A DNA stretch of 64,000 nucleotides from an uncultured Flavobacteriales bacterium (GTDB taxonomy: Bacteria; Bacteroidota; Bacteroidia; Flavobacteriales; Weeksellaceae), in NCBI GenBank assembly GCA_937876095.1, contig CALFIE010000006.1:10624-74623 (forward strand), read 5' to 3'. Below, one piece after another: positions 27,025 to 36,456 of this stretch; the stretch's first letter is position 1; every line of letters begins with the position of its first letter. Made by a program: the position numbers and the translations under genes. The notes under the pieces are model-generated. The model was not told the origin of the DNA. It did no database searches and worked only from the letters and a program-made list of their open reading frames with translations.

Positions 27025-28068
27025 TTATTTCAGCATTTTAAGATAAGTTAACGCTTCATTTGGAAATATTTCGGGATGAAAAATCTGTATGTAATCTTTC
27101 AAAACTTCATCTGCACGAACTGTTCCACGCTCGAAATAATCATTGGAACTCCCCTGAATTTTACCAGAAACGGTGTAGATTTTACCCGATTTGTACACCT
27201 GCATTTCAGCATATTGCGAATTGATTTGTAGCAATTCTTTTTTGGATTGATGATTGCCCACATTCATCCAAAATTCAGCATTATTTGCTTTTACAAACAC
27301 CTCTTCGAAACTTTTCGGAACCGATTTCGTATCTTGATTATCCGCAAAAATATAGGCTGCATTTGCATCTACTAAAAATTGTCCCAAATTAGATTTTCCA
27401 CCTGCAACAAACCACTGATTTCCGTACATTTCATTGGTAAGAACCTTTGGTTTTTTGGCAGATTTCTGTGCTAAATTTTTATAATTATTGTAATTACGCT
27501 CGATTTCAGCGTATTTTGCTGCTGCTTGTTGTTCTTTACCAATTAATTTTCCTATAATTTTGATGATTTTGGTTTTGTCTAATGGTTTTTCCTCTAAATA
27601 TTCATCAATGAAAATCACAGGAATGCCATTTTTTTTCAAAATATCGTAGGTTCCTCCAAAACTTGCAACATAATTGGTAAAAATAGCATCTGGTTTTAGT
27701 GCCAAGATTTTTTCAACCTCATATTTTTGTTCATTTCCTATGTTCAAAATCTTTTTTTCATTCATTAATTGATGAATTTCCTCTGAAAAAATGTACTCTG
27801 GACTCGAAATTCCTACCAAAAGATTCCCTGCATCAAGTTCTAAGAAATATCCAACCAAACTAGAGTTCAGCAATACTATTTTACGAAATGGTAATTTCTT
27901 ATGATCTATTTCATAGTGGTGTGTTCCCGATTGCAAAAGCAATTGATTTCCAGATTCTTGAAAATGAATATTTTTGGTACCAACTTGCTCCAAATTATTT
28001 TTTGAAGGTTCTTTTTTGCAGGAAAAAAGCAATAAAAAACACCAAAGAACTAAAATTTTGATTTTCAT
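27025..28068 (-). CDS. ABC-transporter periplasmic substrate-binding protein (iron-siderophore/cobalamin-type)
   Basis: 347 aa; lipoprotein signal (LLFSCKKE); FecB/BtuF-like pattern (ILALKPDAIFTNYVAS...IIKIIGKLIGKEQQAAAK). Confidence 0.55.
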   Translation of the reverse strand: MKIKILVLWCFLLLFSCKKEPSKNNLEQVGTKNIHFQESGNQLLLQSGTHHYEIDHKKLPFRKIVLLNSSLVGYFLELDAGNLLVGISSPEYIFSEEIHQLMNEKKILNIGNEQKYEVEKILALKPDAIFTNYVASFGGTYDILKKNGIPVIFIDEYLEEKPLDKTKIIKIIGKLIGKEQQAAAKYAEIERNYNNYKNLAQKSAKKPKVLTNEMYGNQWFVAGGKSNLGQFLVDANAAYIFADNQDTKSVPKSFEEVFVKANNAEFWMNVGNHQSKKELLQINSQYAEMQVYKSGKIYTVSGKIQGSSNDYFERGTVRADEVLKDYIQIFHPEIFPNEALTYLKMLK

Positions 28069-28092
28069 CTTTCAAAGAAAACAAAAAAGCAC

Positions 28093-28100
28093 TATATTTG
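28093..28100 (+). promoter_or_regulatory. candidate -7 promoter box (TAnnTTTG) for the tRNA
   Basis: TATATTTG 14 nt upstream of the tRNA 5' end. Confidence 0.3.
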
Positions 28101-28113
28101 CAAACCGAAAATC

Positions 28114-28187
28114 GGCCACATAGCTCAATTGGATAGAGCGTCAGATTACGGCTCTGAAGGTTGAGGGTTCGACTCCTTCTGTGGTCA
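28114..28187 (+). tRNA. tRNA-Arg (anticodon ACG)
   Basis: 74-nt cloverleaf folded by hand: acceptor GGCCACA/TGTGGTC, D-stem GCTC/GAGC, anticodon stem TCAGA/TCTGA with loop TTACGGC, T-arm GAGGG-TTCGACT-CCTTC; no encoded CCA. Confidence 0.85.
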
Positions 28188-28190
28188 CAA

Positions 28191-28228
28191 AAACGCAATA
28201 CTTGTAAAACAGTTTTGCGTTTTTTTTT
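28191..28228 (+). terminator. rho-independent terminator after the tRNA
   Basis: AAACGCAA-tacttgtaaaacagtt-TTGCGTTT followed by a T8 run. Confidence 0.55.
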
Positions 28229-28444
28229 AATTATGGAATGTTTATTGCACTGAAATAAAAAAAAATCCTACATTTGTATTACACAATAAGATTTTATTGT
28301 GATAATTTTCCTAGTCTGGAATGCTGTTTCAAATGATATTTTTTTTACTATTTTTCATTATTAAAATAAATAATAGTTGGATATACAAAAAAAAGACCAA
28401 GAAAATAAAAAAATTAATAAACTAGTAACATTCATTAAAAATAT

Positions 28445-29050
28445 TTGAAAATGAAAAAGACATTTATGCTTATGGCAATATACTTTTCTGTGATGAGTTT
28501 TGCACAAATCAAAGTCGTTAAATATGAAACATCACAAAAAGTTGGAGAATCAGGCTATGTTTCGATATTCCGGAAAGGAAATAAATACACCATTAATTAT
28601 CAAGATATCAACTCACCATCTATGAATGCAGAAAGAAGTTTTTCTTTTGTGAATCAAAATAATGATGTAAATGCGCTCTATCAATTGATATCAGATGGTT
28701 TCAAAACGATGCCTTCAAATGATATTATGCTGGAATTACCTAATGACATTGTGTATCTTCATTTTTTGGAAAATAAAGGAAAAGTTATTTTTCAATTCAT
28801 ACAAATTGTAGATAAAAACAAAAAAATTGTTGGCAAATCACCTTATCTTACTCAAAAAGACGTAGATGCTATTTTCAGCCAAAAAGCATTAAATCCTGAA
28901 AATACAGTCCCTGTAAATAATTTTACACCAGCTACAACTACAGCTACAGCTACAGCTACAGCTACAGCTACAGCTACAACTAAAGCTTCAGCTACAACTA
29001 CGACACCAAAAACTCAAAAAAAATCTACCACCAAGAAAAGTAAAAAATAG
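28445..29050 (+). CDS. hypothetical secreted protein with C-terminal Thr/Ala repeat and Lys-rich tail
   Basis: 201 aa; signal peptide ending SFAQ; C-terminal PATTTATATATATATATTKASATTTTPKTQKKSTTKKSKK. Confidence 0.5.
   Translation: MKMKKTFMLMAIYFSVMSFAQIKVVKYETSQKVGESGYVSIFRKGNKYTINYQDINSPSMNAERSFSFVNQNNDVNALYQLISDGFKTMPSNDIMLELPNDIVYLHFLENKGKVIFQFIQIVDKNKKIVGKSPYLTQKDVDAIFSQKALNPENTVPVNNFTPATTTATATATATATATTKASATTTTPKTQKKSTTKKSKK
28943..28978. repeat. (GCTACA)6 perfect hexanucleotide repeat inside the CDS
   Basis: six perfect GCTACA units encoding (AT)6. Confidence 0.85.
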
Positions 29051-29164
29051 TAATACTTGGTAAAAACAGAAATACTAAAAGAAAATCAAATTAATGGTTT
29101 TCTTTTTTTTGTCAAATTTCCAGAAATAATCAATATTTTTGCACCATAAACGAACCAATCTACT

Positions 29165-29860
29165 ATGCCTCTACAAATCAGCAATCTGACCAAAAAATTT
29201 GGTGATCAAATCGCACTGAACAATATCAATCTAGAAATTGGTAGTAATGAAATCATTGGACTACTTGGTCCAAATGGAGCTGGCAAATCTACTCTGATGA
29301 AATCTATAGTTGGGGCTCTAAAAATAGAAGAAGGATCTGTGATTTTCAATGGATTGAATAGCAAAGAACACGAATTAGAAATTAAAAAACAAATCGGTTT
29401 TTTACCTGAAAACAATCCTCTCTATCACGAAATGTTTGTACAAGAATATTTACAATTTGTAGCAAACCTTCACAATATTTCTGACAAAAGAATAGATGAA
29501 GTAATCGATTTAGTAGGAATTACCCCTGAAAAATCTAAAAAAATAAGTGCATTATCTAAAGGTTACAAACAAAGAGTTGGTCTTGCACAAGCAATTTTGC
29601 ATCAACCTGATTTATTGATTTTAGATGAACCAACCAATGGTCTGGATCCTAACCAAATCATAGAAATCCGAAACGTAATAAAAGAAATCGGCAAAGAAAA
29701 AACAGTAATTCTCTCTACACACATTATGCAAGAAGTAGAAGCACTCTGTTCACGTGTAATTCTATTACACAAAGGAAATATAATTCAGGACTCACCAATT
29801 GAGGAATTTAGAGGAAAATTCGGTAGTTTAGAGGAAGCATTTACCAGTTACACCGCTTAA
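29165..29860 (+). CDS. ABC transporter ATP-binding protein, GldA-like; no permease gene adjacent
   Basis: 231 aa; Walker A GPNGAGKST, signature LSKGYKQRVGLAQA, Walker B LLILDEPTNGLD, H-loop STHIM; close in pattern to gliding-motility GldA but lacks its C-terminal extension. Confidence 0.6.
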   Translation: MPLQISNLTKKFGDQIALNNINLEIGSNEIIGLLGPNGAGKSTLMKSIVGALKIEEGSVIFNGLNSKEHELEIKKQIGFLPENNPLYHEMFVQEYLQFVANLHNISDKRIDEVIDLVGITPEKSKKISALSKGYKQRVGLAQAILHQPDLLILDEPTNGLDPNQIIEIRNVIKEIGKEKTVILSTHIMQEVEALCSRVILLHKGNIIQDSPIEEFRGKFGSLEEAFTSYTA

Positions 29861-29917
29861 ATTTGTATTAAAAAAGTTCTATAAAGATGGAATCTTTTCT
29901 CACTAATTTATTTAAGT

Positions 29918-30370
29918 TCACTTCAAAAACAAACGTTCATCAAAACCAAATTTCTCCACTTTTTTAACTTTCACTTTGCTGAAATTGCTATTTCTTGGAT
30001 TTATTAAATAATTGAATTCACCTTGCACCGATGCAGACGGAACTTTCATTGTAAGAAATTTGTTGTTTTTCAAAAATTGGTCGCCCACTTTTTGTGTATC
30101 GTGATTGTGCGGAATTGCATTCCAATTTTTTGGTAATTTTTTCAGTTCAAAAATATTGTCATCAGGAATTTCGATGTGTACTAAACAATAATCTTTCGGT
30201 ATAATTCCCAATGGAATATGCACCGCAATTTCAGACACACAAAGCGCAATATTTTGTCCAGTGTACAACATCGCAATTCCTTTGCTGTTCCATCTTCCAC
30301 CAGCAATTTCGGCACCTTTTCCGCTTAAATCTTTTGCATAGATTTCTCTTGCTAATCGGTAAACAATCAT
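29918..30370 (-). CDS. RES-domain toxin
   Basis: 150 aa; R..E..S spacing (YRLAREIY...GGRWNSKG...CVSEIAVH) typical of the RES domain. Confidence 0.7.
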   Translation of the reverse strand: MIVYRLAREIYAKDLSGKGAEIAGGRWNSKGIAMLYTGQNIALCVSEIAVHIPLGIIPKDYCLVHIEIPDDNIFELKKLPKNWNAIPHNHDTQKVGDQFLKNNKFLTMKVPSASVQGEFNYLINPRNSNFSKVKVKKVEKFGFDERLFLK

Positions 30371-30412
30371 AGAAAAATTACAATATAATATTTCGTAATT
30401 CGCACTTCGAAA

Positions 30413-30871
30413 TTACGCTAAAACACCGTGCTCTATTCTGGTAAGTTCATCCATAAGAAGCGAAATACCAAAACTGCTGTCTAATAAATCCTGAGGTTTT
30501 TTCTTACCCAAAACTAAATTTTCAGACTGCAACCAAATCATAAAATAATCATCAGAACCGAAAACTTCTTTGCCTCTGTTATGGAGCAATTCTATCTGCA
30601 TAATTCTTTCAGATTGTGGAGCATCAAAGGTTTTGCCTTCTTTTTCGTAGCGTGAAAGCGTTTTACCAGAAATATGTAAAAAATTTGCCCAATTTTGCAT
30701 AGAAAAAGGGAATTTTTTAGAAATAGAATCAAAAGATTTGAAGGAAATACCATTTCTGACGATATCCATCAAACTGAAAACTCCCGAATCATCAAAATGT
30801 TGATAACCATAAACTGCAGCAGATTCCTGAACCATTCGCAGTTTTTCTTCGTTTTGTTTATATTCTTTCAT
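30413..30871 (-). CDS. Xre/MbcA/ParS-like antitoxin (DUF2384) of the RES toxin
   Basis: 152 aa directly upstream of the RES gene on the same strand; C-terminal toxin-binding domain pattern (DAPQSERIMQIELLHNRGKEVFGSDDYFMIWLQSENLVLGKKKPQDLLDSSFG). Confidence 0.65.
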   Translation of the reverse strand: MKEYKQNEEKLRMVQESAAVYGYQHFDDSGVFSLMDIVRNGISFKSFDSISKKFPFSMQNWANFLHISGKTLSRYEKEGKTFDAPQSERIMQIELLHNRGKEVFGSDDYFMIWLQSENLVLGKKKPQDLLDSSFGISLLMDELTRIEHGVLA

Positions 30872-31022
30872 CCTTAATTATTTTACCCTACAAATATACG
30901 ACTTTTGTCTTAACAAAAAAGACTTTTGTCTATTTTTTTAAATTCTAAAATAATAGAAAATCATTAAAGAGAAAAACGCCCCATTTCTGGAGCGTTTCAC
31001 TATAAAATTTTATTTATAATTT

Positions 31023-32978
31023 TTACGAATTTTCCGATGTAGAATTACCTTCAGATTTCGCTTCAATGGTTTTTATAGTAGTATCTCCATCTTTAGATTT
31101 CTGAATTTGTTCTAATAATTGTAAACCAAGAAGTCCGCTAATTCCGCCATTTGCAGAATCGCTATTTCCACCAATCAAAATATCTGGCATAATTTTCACG
31201 TTTTGCGTTGCGATATTTTCCATAATTTTGAGTTGTGTAAAATTATTTCCACCCATTGCATCTACAGAAAGTTTGTAAGATTCTGCATTTGATTTACCAA
31301 TTGCCAGAATTTTTTCTGCTTCTGCATTACCAGTAAGCGAAATTTGTTCCGCATTTGCTTTTGCCAAAAGTTCAATTTTTTCGGACTCTGCTTTCGCCAA
31401 AAGTCTTGTTTTTTCAGCTTCACCAGTTGCCAAAAGTTTCAATCTGTCACCTTCTGCGTTTGCTTGCAAACGAACCGAATTCGCATCACCTGTTGCTTTT
31501 TTCACACTTGCATCTGCAATTCTTTCGGCAATTAAAACACCTTGGTCTGCTTTCACAATTTCTTTTTGCATATCTGCAATAGCCGTTTCTTTTTCCAAAG
31601 TTTGTCGCGTTTCTTGCGCTTTCATTTCGGTGTCGTACGTAATTTTTTGCTCTTCTGCGAGTTTTCTGTCGGTTAATGTTTTCATCAAACTTTCTGGCGG
31701 AACAATATCACCAATTAGCGTATCAACTCCAAAAACATTGTATTGCTCTAAAACACTACCAATATGTTCTCTTGCAGACTGTTGACGCTCTTTTCTGGTT
31801 CCAAGAAACGCAATTACATCACTATCTTGCGCAGAATTTCTGAAATAATTACCAATGGTCGGCTCCAAAACCTGACTCACCAAATTCACCATATTTCCGA
31901 ATCTTGCGATTACTTTTGGTGCTTCGTTGGTCGGAATATGGATAATTTGCGAAACATCTAAATTAAAAGGGAAACCATCTTTACTTCTCACCGTAATTGT
32001 TGACAAATTTTTATCTAACTGATGAGATTCGCTTCTTGCAGTAGCCCAGTTTAAAACCAAATTGGTAGTAGGAACCAATTCTACCTTCATAATGTACGGA
32101 TTGATAGGATATTTCCCAGGACCAAGAGGTTCTGCCCAAACTCCTTTACAACCTTTTTCTACAATATTTCCGTGTTTAAATTCAATCCCACTTAAATCTT
32201 TTCCTTCTTCACCAACATAAGAAATGACTACACCAACATGACCAATAGGAATTTCGGTCATATGAACCATTTCTAATTTGGCAAACCAAGGATTTAAGAA
32301 ATAAGAACCTGCCAAAATTACCTGTTCTTGCAAACCTTTGTAACCATCTGCATTCAAGAAACCATCAATATCTTGAAATTTATTATGACCTTCTATAATT
32401 TTACCTGCAATTTGACCTTCAGCTAAAGGTTTTCCTTCTAAAGTAGTTACAACACCAACTGCATTATCAGGAATTGCAAGCATATCTGCTAATTCTATTT
32501 CAAAAAGTAGCGAATTAATTCTGTAAGAACCTGGTGTAATAATGGCAGTTTGTCGTCCTTTTCTACCACCATTATTTAGAAAAGCCATCGCATCTTGATA
32601 CGAATCACAATCTACTTTTCTACCCAAAATTCTACCTGTCTCTAATTCGGCGCCATCCTTTGCAAGTATCAACCCAATTTTACCAGTAGGAATTACTGTA
32701 AAAGGCTGAAAATCTATAGAATATTGCCAAATCCATTTACCGAAATAAACTCCAGGAGCTAAAGTTTGTGCTTGAAAACCTGCTTCTCCGTTAGTTGCAA
32801 TAATTCTACCTTCTGGTAATGTTTGTTTACCAAACAACACAAATTTTTTGGTAACGAGACCAATTTTATCTTCGGGAACAATAACCAATCCGAAGAAAAC
32901 TCTTAACACGAACTTGTAAAAAACAAGACATAAAACTGCGATTCCTACAGGAATCATCCAACTTGAAAATGTAACCAT
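31023..32978 (-). CDS. flotillin-family SPFH-domain membrane protein
   Basis: 651 aa; N-terminal TM hairpin; SPFH body; long C-terminal A/E/K-rich coiled coil (AEKTRLLAKAESEKIELLAKANAEQ). Confidence 0.7.
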   Translation of the reverse strand: MVTFSSWMIPVGIAVLCLVFYKFVLRVFFGLVIVPEDKIGLVTKKFVLFGKQTLPEGRIIATNGEAGFQAQTLAPGVYFGKWIWQYSIDFQPFTVIPTGKIGLILAKDGAELETGRILGRKVDCDSYQDAMAFLNNGGRKGRQTAIITPGSYRINSLLFEIELADMLAIPDNAVGVVTTLEGKPLAEGQIAGKIIEGHNKFQDIDGFLNADGYKGLQEQVILAGSYFLNPWFAKLEMVHMTEIPIGHVGVVISYVGEEGKDLSGIEFKHGNIVEKGCKGVWAEPLGPGKYPINPYIMKVELVPTTNLVLNWATARSESHQLDKNLSTITVRSKDGFPFNLDVSQIIHIPTNEAPKVIARFGNMVNLVSQVLEPTIGNYFRNSAQDSDVIAFLGTRKERQQSAREHIGSVLEQYNVFGVDTLIGDIVPPESLMKTLTDRKLAEEQKITYDTEMKAQETRQTLEKETAIADMQKEIVKADQGVLIAERIADASVKKATGDANSVRLQANAEGDRLKLLATGEAEKTRLLAKAESEKIELLAKANAEQISLTGNAEAEKILAIGKSNAESYKLSVDAMGGNNFTQLKIMENIATQNVKIMPDILIGGNSDSANGGISGLLGLQLLEQIQKSKDGDTTIKTIEAKSEGNSTSENS

Positions 32979-33487
32979 AGTTTATTGATTTTAAAATTAT
33001 TTTTTTAAATTTTTGAAAATAAGATCTAACCCCAAATTTTTAATATTTCAAAAATTTAGGCACAAAAAGAACAGATTGTTAAATGAAATTTAACAGTAAA
33101 ATGTTAGAATTTTGGAGGCGAAGTATTGAAAATCGTAAAATGGAAATCCGATACTTTTTGAATGAAATAAATTGTATTCATTTGTATTTTAAAAGGAAAA
33201 ATATCCTTTACAGAAGATTATACGCTGGAATATATTTTACCGTTACAAAAATTGAAAGAATATTTTAAAATAAAATATAACAAACTGATTATCAGTGTTA
33301 AAATATTACATTCAAATTTTAGACGAATTGCGTCCCGACTTGCCTCACATTTTTTATTTTATTTTTTGAATCGACGAACCACTTCGTTAGGTTTGAGCGG
33401 AAATCCTTTTTATAAAAAATGGGTTGGGAAAATAGCGGTGGAATTTTTATAAAAAGATTGGGAGCGGAAGACGGAAATTGGCGCCAA

Positions 33488-33525
33488 AAAAAAATCCTGA
33501 AAAATTATTTTCAGGATTTGATATT
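33488..33525 (-). terminator. terminator downstream of lpdA (minus strand)
   Basis: AATCCTGAAAA-ttat-TTTTCAGGATT hairpin with A/T runs on both sides (possibly bidirectional). Confidence 0.5.
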
Positions 33526-33539
33526 TATTTTAATAGAAA

Positions 33540-34931
33540 TTAAATGTGAATCACTTCTCCATAAGCTGCAGCTACTGCTTCCATAATTGCTTCAGAAACT
33601 GTAGGATGCGGATGTATTGACTTGATGATTTCGTGGCCTGTAGTTTCTAATTTTCTGGCAACCACGGCTTCTGCAACCATATCGGTAACGCCGGCTCCAA
33701 TCATATGACAACCCAACCATTCCCCGTATTTTGCATCGAAAATGACCTTGATAAAACCATCTGTATCGCCATTTGCAGTGGCTTTTCCGGAAGCTGAAAG
33801 TGGAAATTTACCTACTTTGATGTCGTAGCCTTTTTCGCGAGCCTGTTTTTCAGTGAGACCAACGCTCGCAATTTCTGGATGACAATAGGTACAACCTGGA
33901 ATATTACCATAATCTATGGGTTCTACGTGAATTCCTTTGAGTTTTTCAACGCAGGTAATTCCTTCAGCAGAAGCAACGTGCGCCAAAGCTTGTGTCGGGA
34001 TAATGTCGCCAATTGCGTAATAACCAGGAACCGAAGTTTGGTACCATTCGTTGACCAAAACTCGACCTCTATCTGTCTGAATACCAACTTCTTCTAAACC
34101 AATATTTTCGATATTTGCAGAAATTCCGACAGCGGAAAGCAAAATATCTGCTTCCAATGTGATTTCTCCTTTTTCGGTTTTCACCAACGCTTTTACACCT
34201 TCTCCGGAAGTATTAACACTTTCTACCGATGCATTGGTCATAATCTCGACACCTGATTTTTTAAGAGATTTTTCTAAATGTTTAGAAATTTCTTCGTCTT
34301 CTACTGGTACAATATTTGGCATAAATTCCACCACGGTTACTTTGGTTCCCATCGTATTATAAAAATCGGCAAACTCAACACCAATCGCACCTGAACCAAC
34401 CACAATCATAGATTTTGGTTGAGTTGGCAAAGAAAGTGCTTGTCTGTAACCAATCACTTTTACACCATCTTGAGGAAGATTTGGTAACTCTCTTGAACGA
34501 GCACCGGTTGCAATGATGATATTTTCAGCAGAATATTCGGTGGTTTTTCCTTCGGAATCGGTAACGTCAATTTTTTTGCCGGGTTTTACTTTTGCAGTTC
34601 CCATAATGACATCGATTTTGTTTTTCTTCATCAGAAAAGAAATTCCGCCACTCATTTTGGTTGCAACACCTCGACTTCTTTGAATTACTTTTGAAAAATC
34701 GAAACTCAAATTTTCTACTTTGTTCAGTCCAAAATCTTCGGCGTGTTGCAAATCGTGGAAAACATGAGCCGACTTCAACAAGGCTTTGGTTGGAATACAA
34801 CCCCAATTTAGGCAAATTCCACCTAAATTTTCTTTTTCAATAATGGCAGTTTTGAAACCAAGTTGCGAAGCGCGAATTGCCGTAACATAACCTCCAGGTC
34901 CACTTCCGACTACTATAATATCGTAATTCAT
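33540..34931 (-). CDS. lpdA: dihydrolipoyl dehydrogenase (E3)
   Basis: 463 aa; FAD motif IVVGSGPGGY; redox-active disulfide GGICLNWGCIPTK; C-terminal HPHPTVSE. Confidence 0.9.
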   Translation of the reverse strand: MNYDIIVVGSGPGGYVTAIRASQLGFKTAIIEKENLGGICLNWGCIPTKALLKSAHVFHDLQHAEDFGLNKVENLSFDFSKVIQRSRGVATKMSGGISFLMKKNKIDVIMGTAKVKPGKKIDVTDSEGKTTEYSAENIIIATGARSRELPNLPQDGVKVIGYRQALSLPTQPKSMIVVGSGAIGVEFADFYNTMGTKVTVVEFMPNIVPVEDEEISKHLEKSLKKSGVEIMTNASVESVNTSGEGVKALVKTEKGEITLEADILLSAVGISANIENIGLEEVGIQTDRGRVLVNEWYQTSVPGYYAIGDIIPTQALAHVASAEGITCVEKLKGIHVEPIDYGNIPGCTYCHPEIASVGLTEKQAREKGYDIKVGKFPLSASGKATANGDTDGFIKVIFDAKYGEWLGCHMIGAGVTDMVAEAVVARKLETTGHEIIKSIHPHPTVSEAIMEAVAAAYGEVIHI

Positions 34932-34987
34932 TGGATAAAAATTTTTGCAAATTTACGGAAATTTTGGCAAACAAAACGCTACTTACA

Positions 34988-35677
34988 TTAGTTCAAATTA
35001 AAGACTTCAACAAAAGAACCATCGGTTGCAAAAACAGAAATGGGTGCTTGTGAACAAATGATTTTTTGGAAAACTTCTGGAATGTTGGTCATTTTTTTAA
35101 TGGAAATTTTTGGATTTTCGGTTTGGTAGAGATTCCATTTTTGGTGAACTACCTGAAATAGTTTTGATTTACCACCTTTTTTGCCACAAAAAGCAAATTC
35201 CTTTTCGATGATGAAGTGTTGCAAATCAGTTGGCATTAGTTGAAGATTTTCTTTGAAATTAACCGAAAAATTAAGGTGCAATTGTTCTGTTGCACATTGG
35301 TATTGCAAAAAATTGGAGGTCTTGTTTTGTCTAATTTTCTGTAAAGAAAATGCTTCACCAAAAATATATTTAGCAACCAAAACCGTCATTATTTTCGGAA
35401 CCATTTCAGAGATGAAATACACTCCTTGCAACGCAGGATTGTCTTTACGTTGCACATACATACGAAGATTGATTTCTGGAAAAAACTGATGAAAAGGAAT
35501 TTTGCAACCCAAAAATTTGGCGTGAGAAAACTCAAAACTGACCAAACTGATGCTGGTTTTACCACCAAAAAGTGCAGGTTCTATGTCTTCTGGTAAAAAA
35601 GGGACTACCAATTCTGGATCTATTTCGTAATTGATGTAGAGTAAATTTTCCCAATTGCAGGTTAGAAATGGTTTCAT
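34988..35677 (-). CDS. DUF2071 (YqjF-like) domain protein
   Basis: 229 aa; N-terminal WENLLYINYEIDPELVVPFLPEDIEP pattern typical of DUF2071. Confidence 0.45.
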   Translation of the reverse strand: MKPFLTCNWENLLYINYEIDPELVVPFLPEDIEPALFGGKTSISLVSFEFSHAKFLGCKIPFHQFFPEINLRMYVQRKDNPALQGVYFISEMVPKIMTVLVAKYIFGEAFSLQKIRQNKTSNFLQYQCATEQLHLNFSVNFKENLQLMPTDLQHFIIEKEFAFCGKKGGKSKLFQVVHQKWNLYQTENPKISIKKMTNIPEVFQKIICSQAPISVFATDGSFVEVFNLN

Positions 35678-35829
35678 AATGAGGAATTTTAGAGGTTAAA
35701 TCAGCACTTCTTAAGGTCACAGAAATATAAGATTAGAAATAAATGTATGATAATATTTTTCATATTTATTAAATTTTCAGGAATTTTTGAAAATTAATTT
35801 TAAATAAAAAAGGAAATTGAATTCCTTCT

Positions 35830-36330
35830 TTATTTTAAAAGATTGGTGATTTTACCAACCAACCAATGGTCATCACTTTTGATGGCTAAATCCATAATAT
35901 TATTGATTTTGTTGGTGACATTACCAAAATCGTCCATCAATTTTATAAATTCTTTGGCTTCATCTGAATCATCATCTACATTTTTTAGCTCTTCTAAAAA
36001 CGAAACTACGGGTTCTATTTCGCGTTTCCTACGCTCTTTGGTAATTTGTTTGAAGAGAAACCACACATCTTTATCAGCTACAAAATATTCTTTTCGTTCG
36101 CCTTTTACAAATTCTTTTTTCACAATTCCCCAATTCATTAAATCACGAAGATTCATATTGGCATTTCCTCTGGAAATTTGTAATTCCTGCATCACCTCGT
36201 CTGTAGAAAGTGGTTTAGAACTAGTCAAAAGCAAGGCATGAACTTGCGCCATGGTTCTATTAATTCCCCAATTGGTAGCAAAAGTACCCCAAGTTTGTAT
36301 GTATTTTTCTTTGGCTTCTTCCAATTTCAT
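35830..36330 (-). CDS. GbsR/MarR-family transcriptional regulator
   Basis: 166 aa; WGINRTMAQVHALLL...LSTDEVMQELQISRGNANMNLRDLMNWGIV winged-helix pattern. Confidence 0.6.
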   Translation of the reverse strand: MKLEEAKEKYIQTWGTFATNWGINRTMAQVHALLLTSSKPLSTDEVMQELQISRGNANMNLRDLMNWGIVKKEFVKGERKEYFVADKDVWFLFKQITKERRKREIEPVVSFLEELKNVDDDSDEAKEFIKLMDDFGNVTNKINNIMDLAIKSDDHWLVGKITNLLK

Positions 36331-36406
36331 GTTGAAATATTTAAAATTCTGTTACAAATATATATAATTTTTCTGAACTTTCAATAATTATTGAAAATAA
36401 AGTGAT

Positions 36407-36432
36407 AAAAAAAGCAATCCTTACAGATTGCT
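36407..36432 (-). terminator. terminator downstream of the E1 gene (minus strand)
   Basis: AAAGCAATC-cttaca-GATTGCTTT with a T-run on the minus strand. Confidence 0.4.
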
Positions 36433-36456
36433 TTATAAATAATGGTTGTATTTATT

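Noticed and set aside
29165-29860. Calling the ABC ATPase gldA outright
   Set aside because: It lacks the C-terminal extension I recall in GldA, so only a GldA-like label is given.
33083-33452. Two small ORFs (61 and 66 aa) in the 560-bp intergenic region upstream of the flotillin gene
   Set aside because: Very AT-rich, low-complexity translations (K/I/F/Y-rich) with no recognisable fold; more likely non-coding leader sequence.
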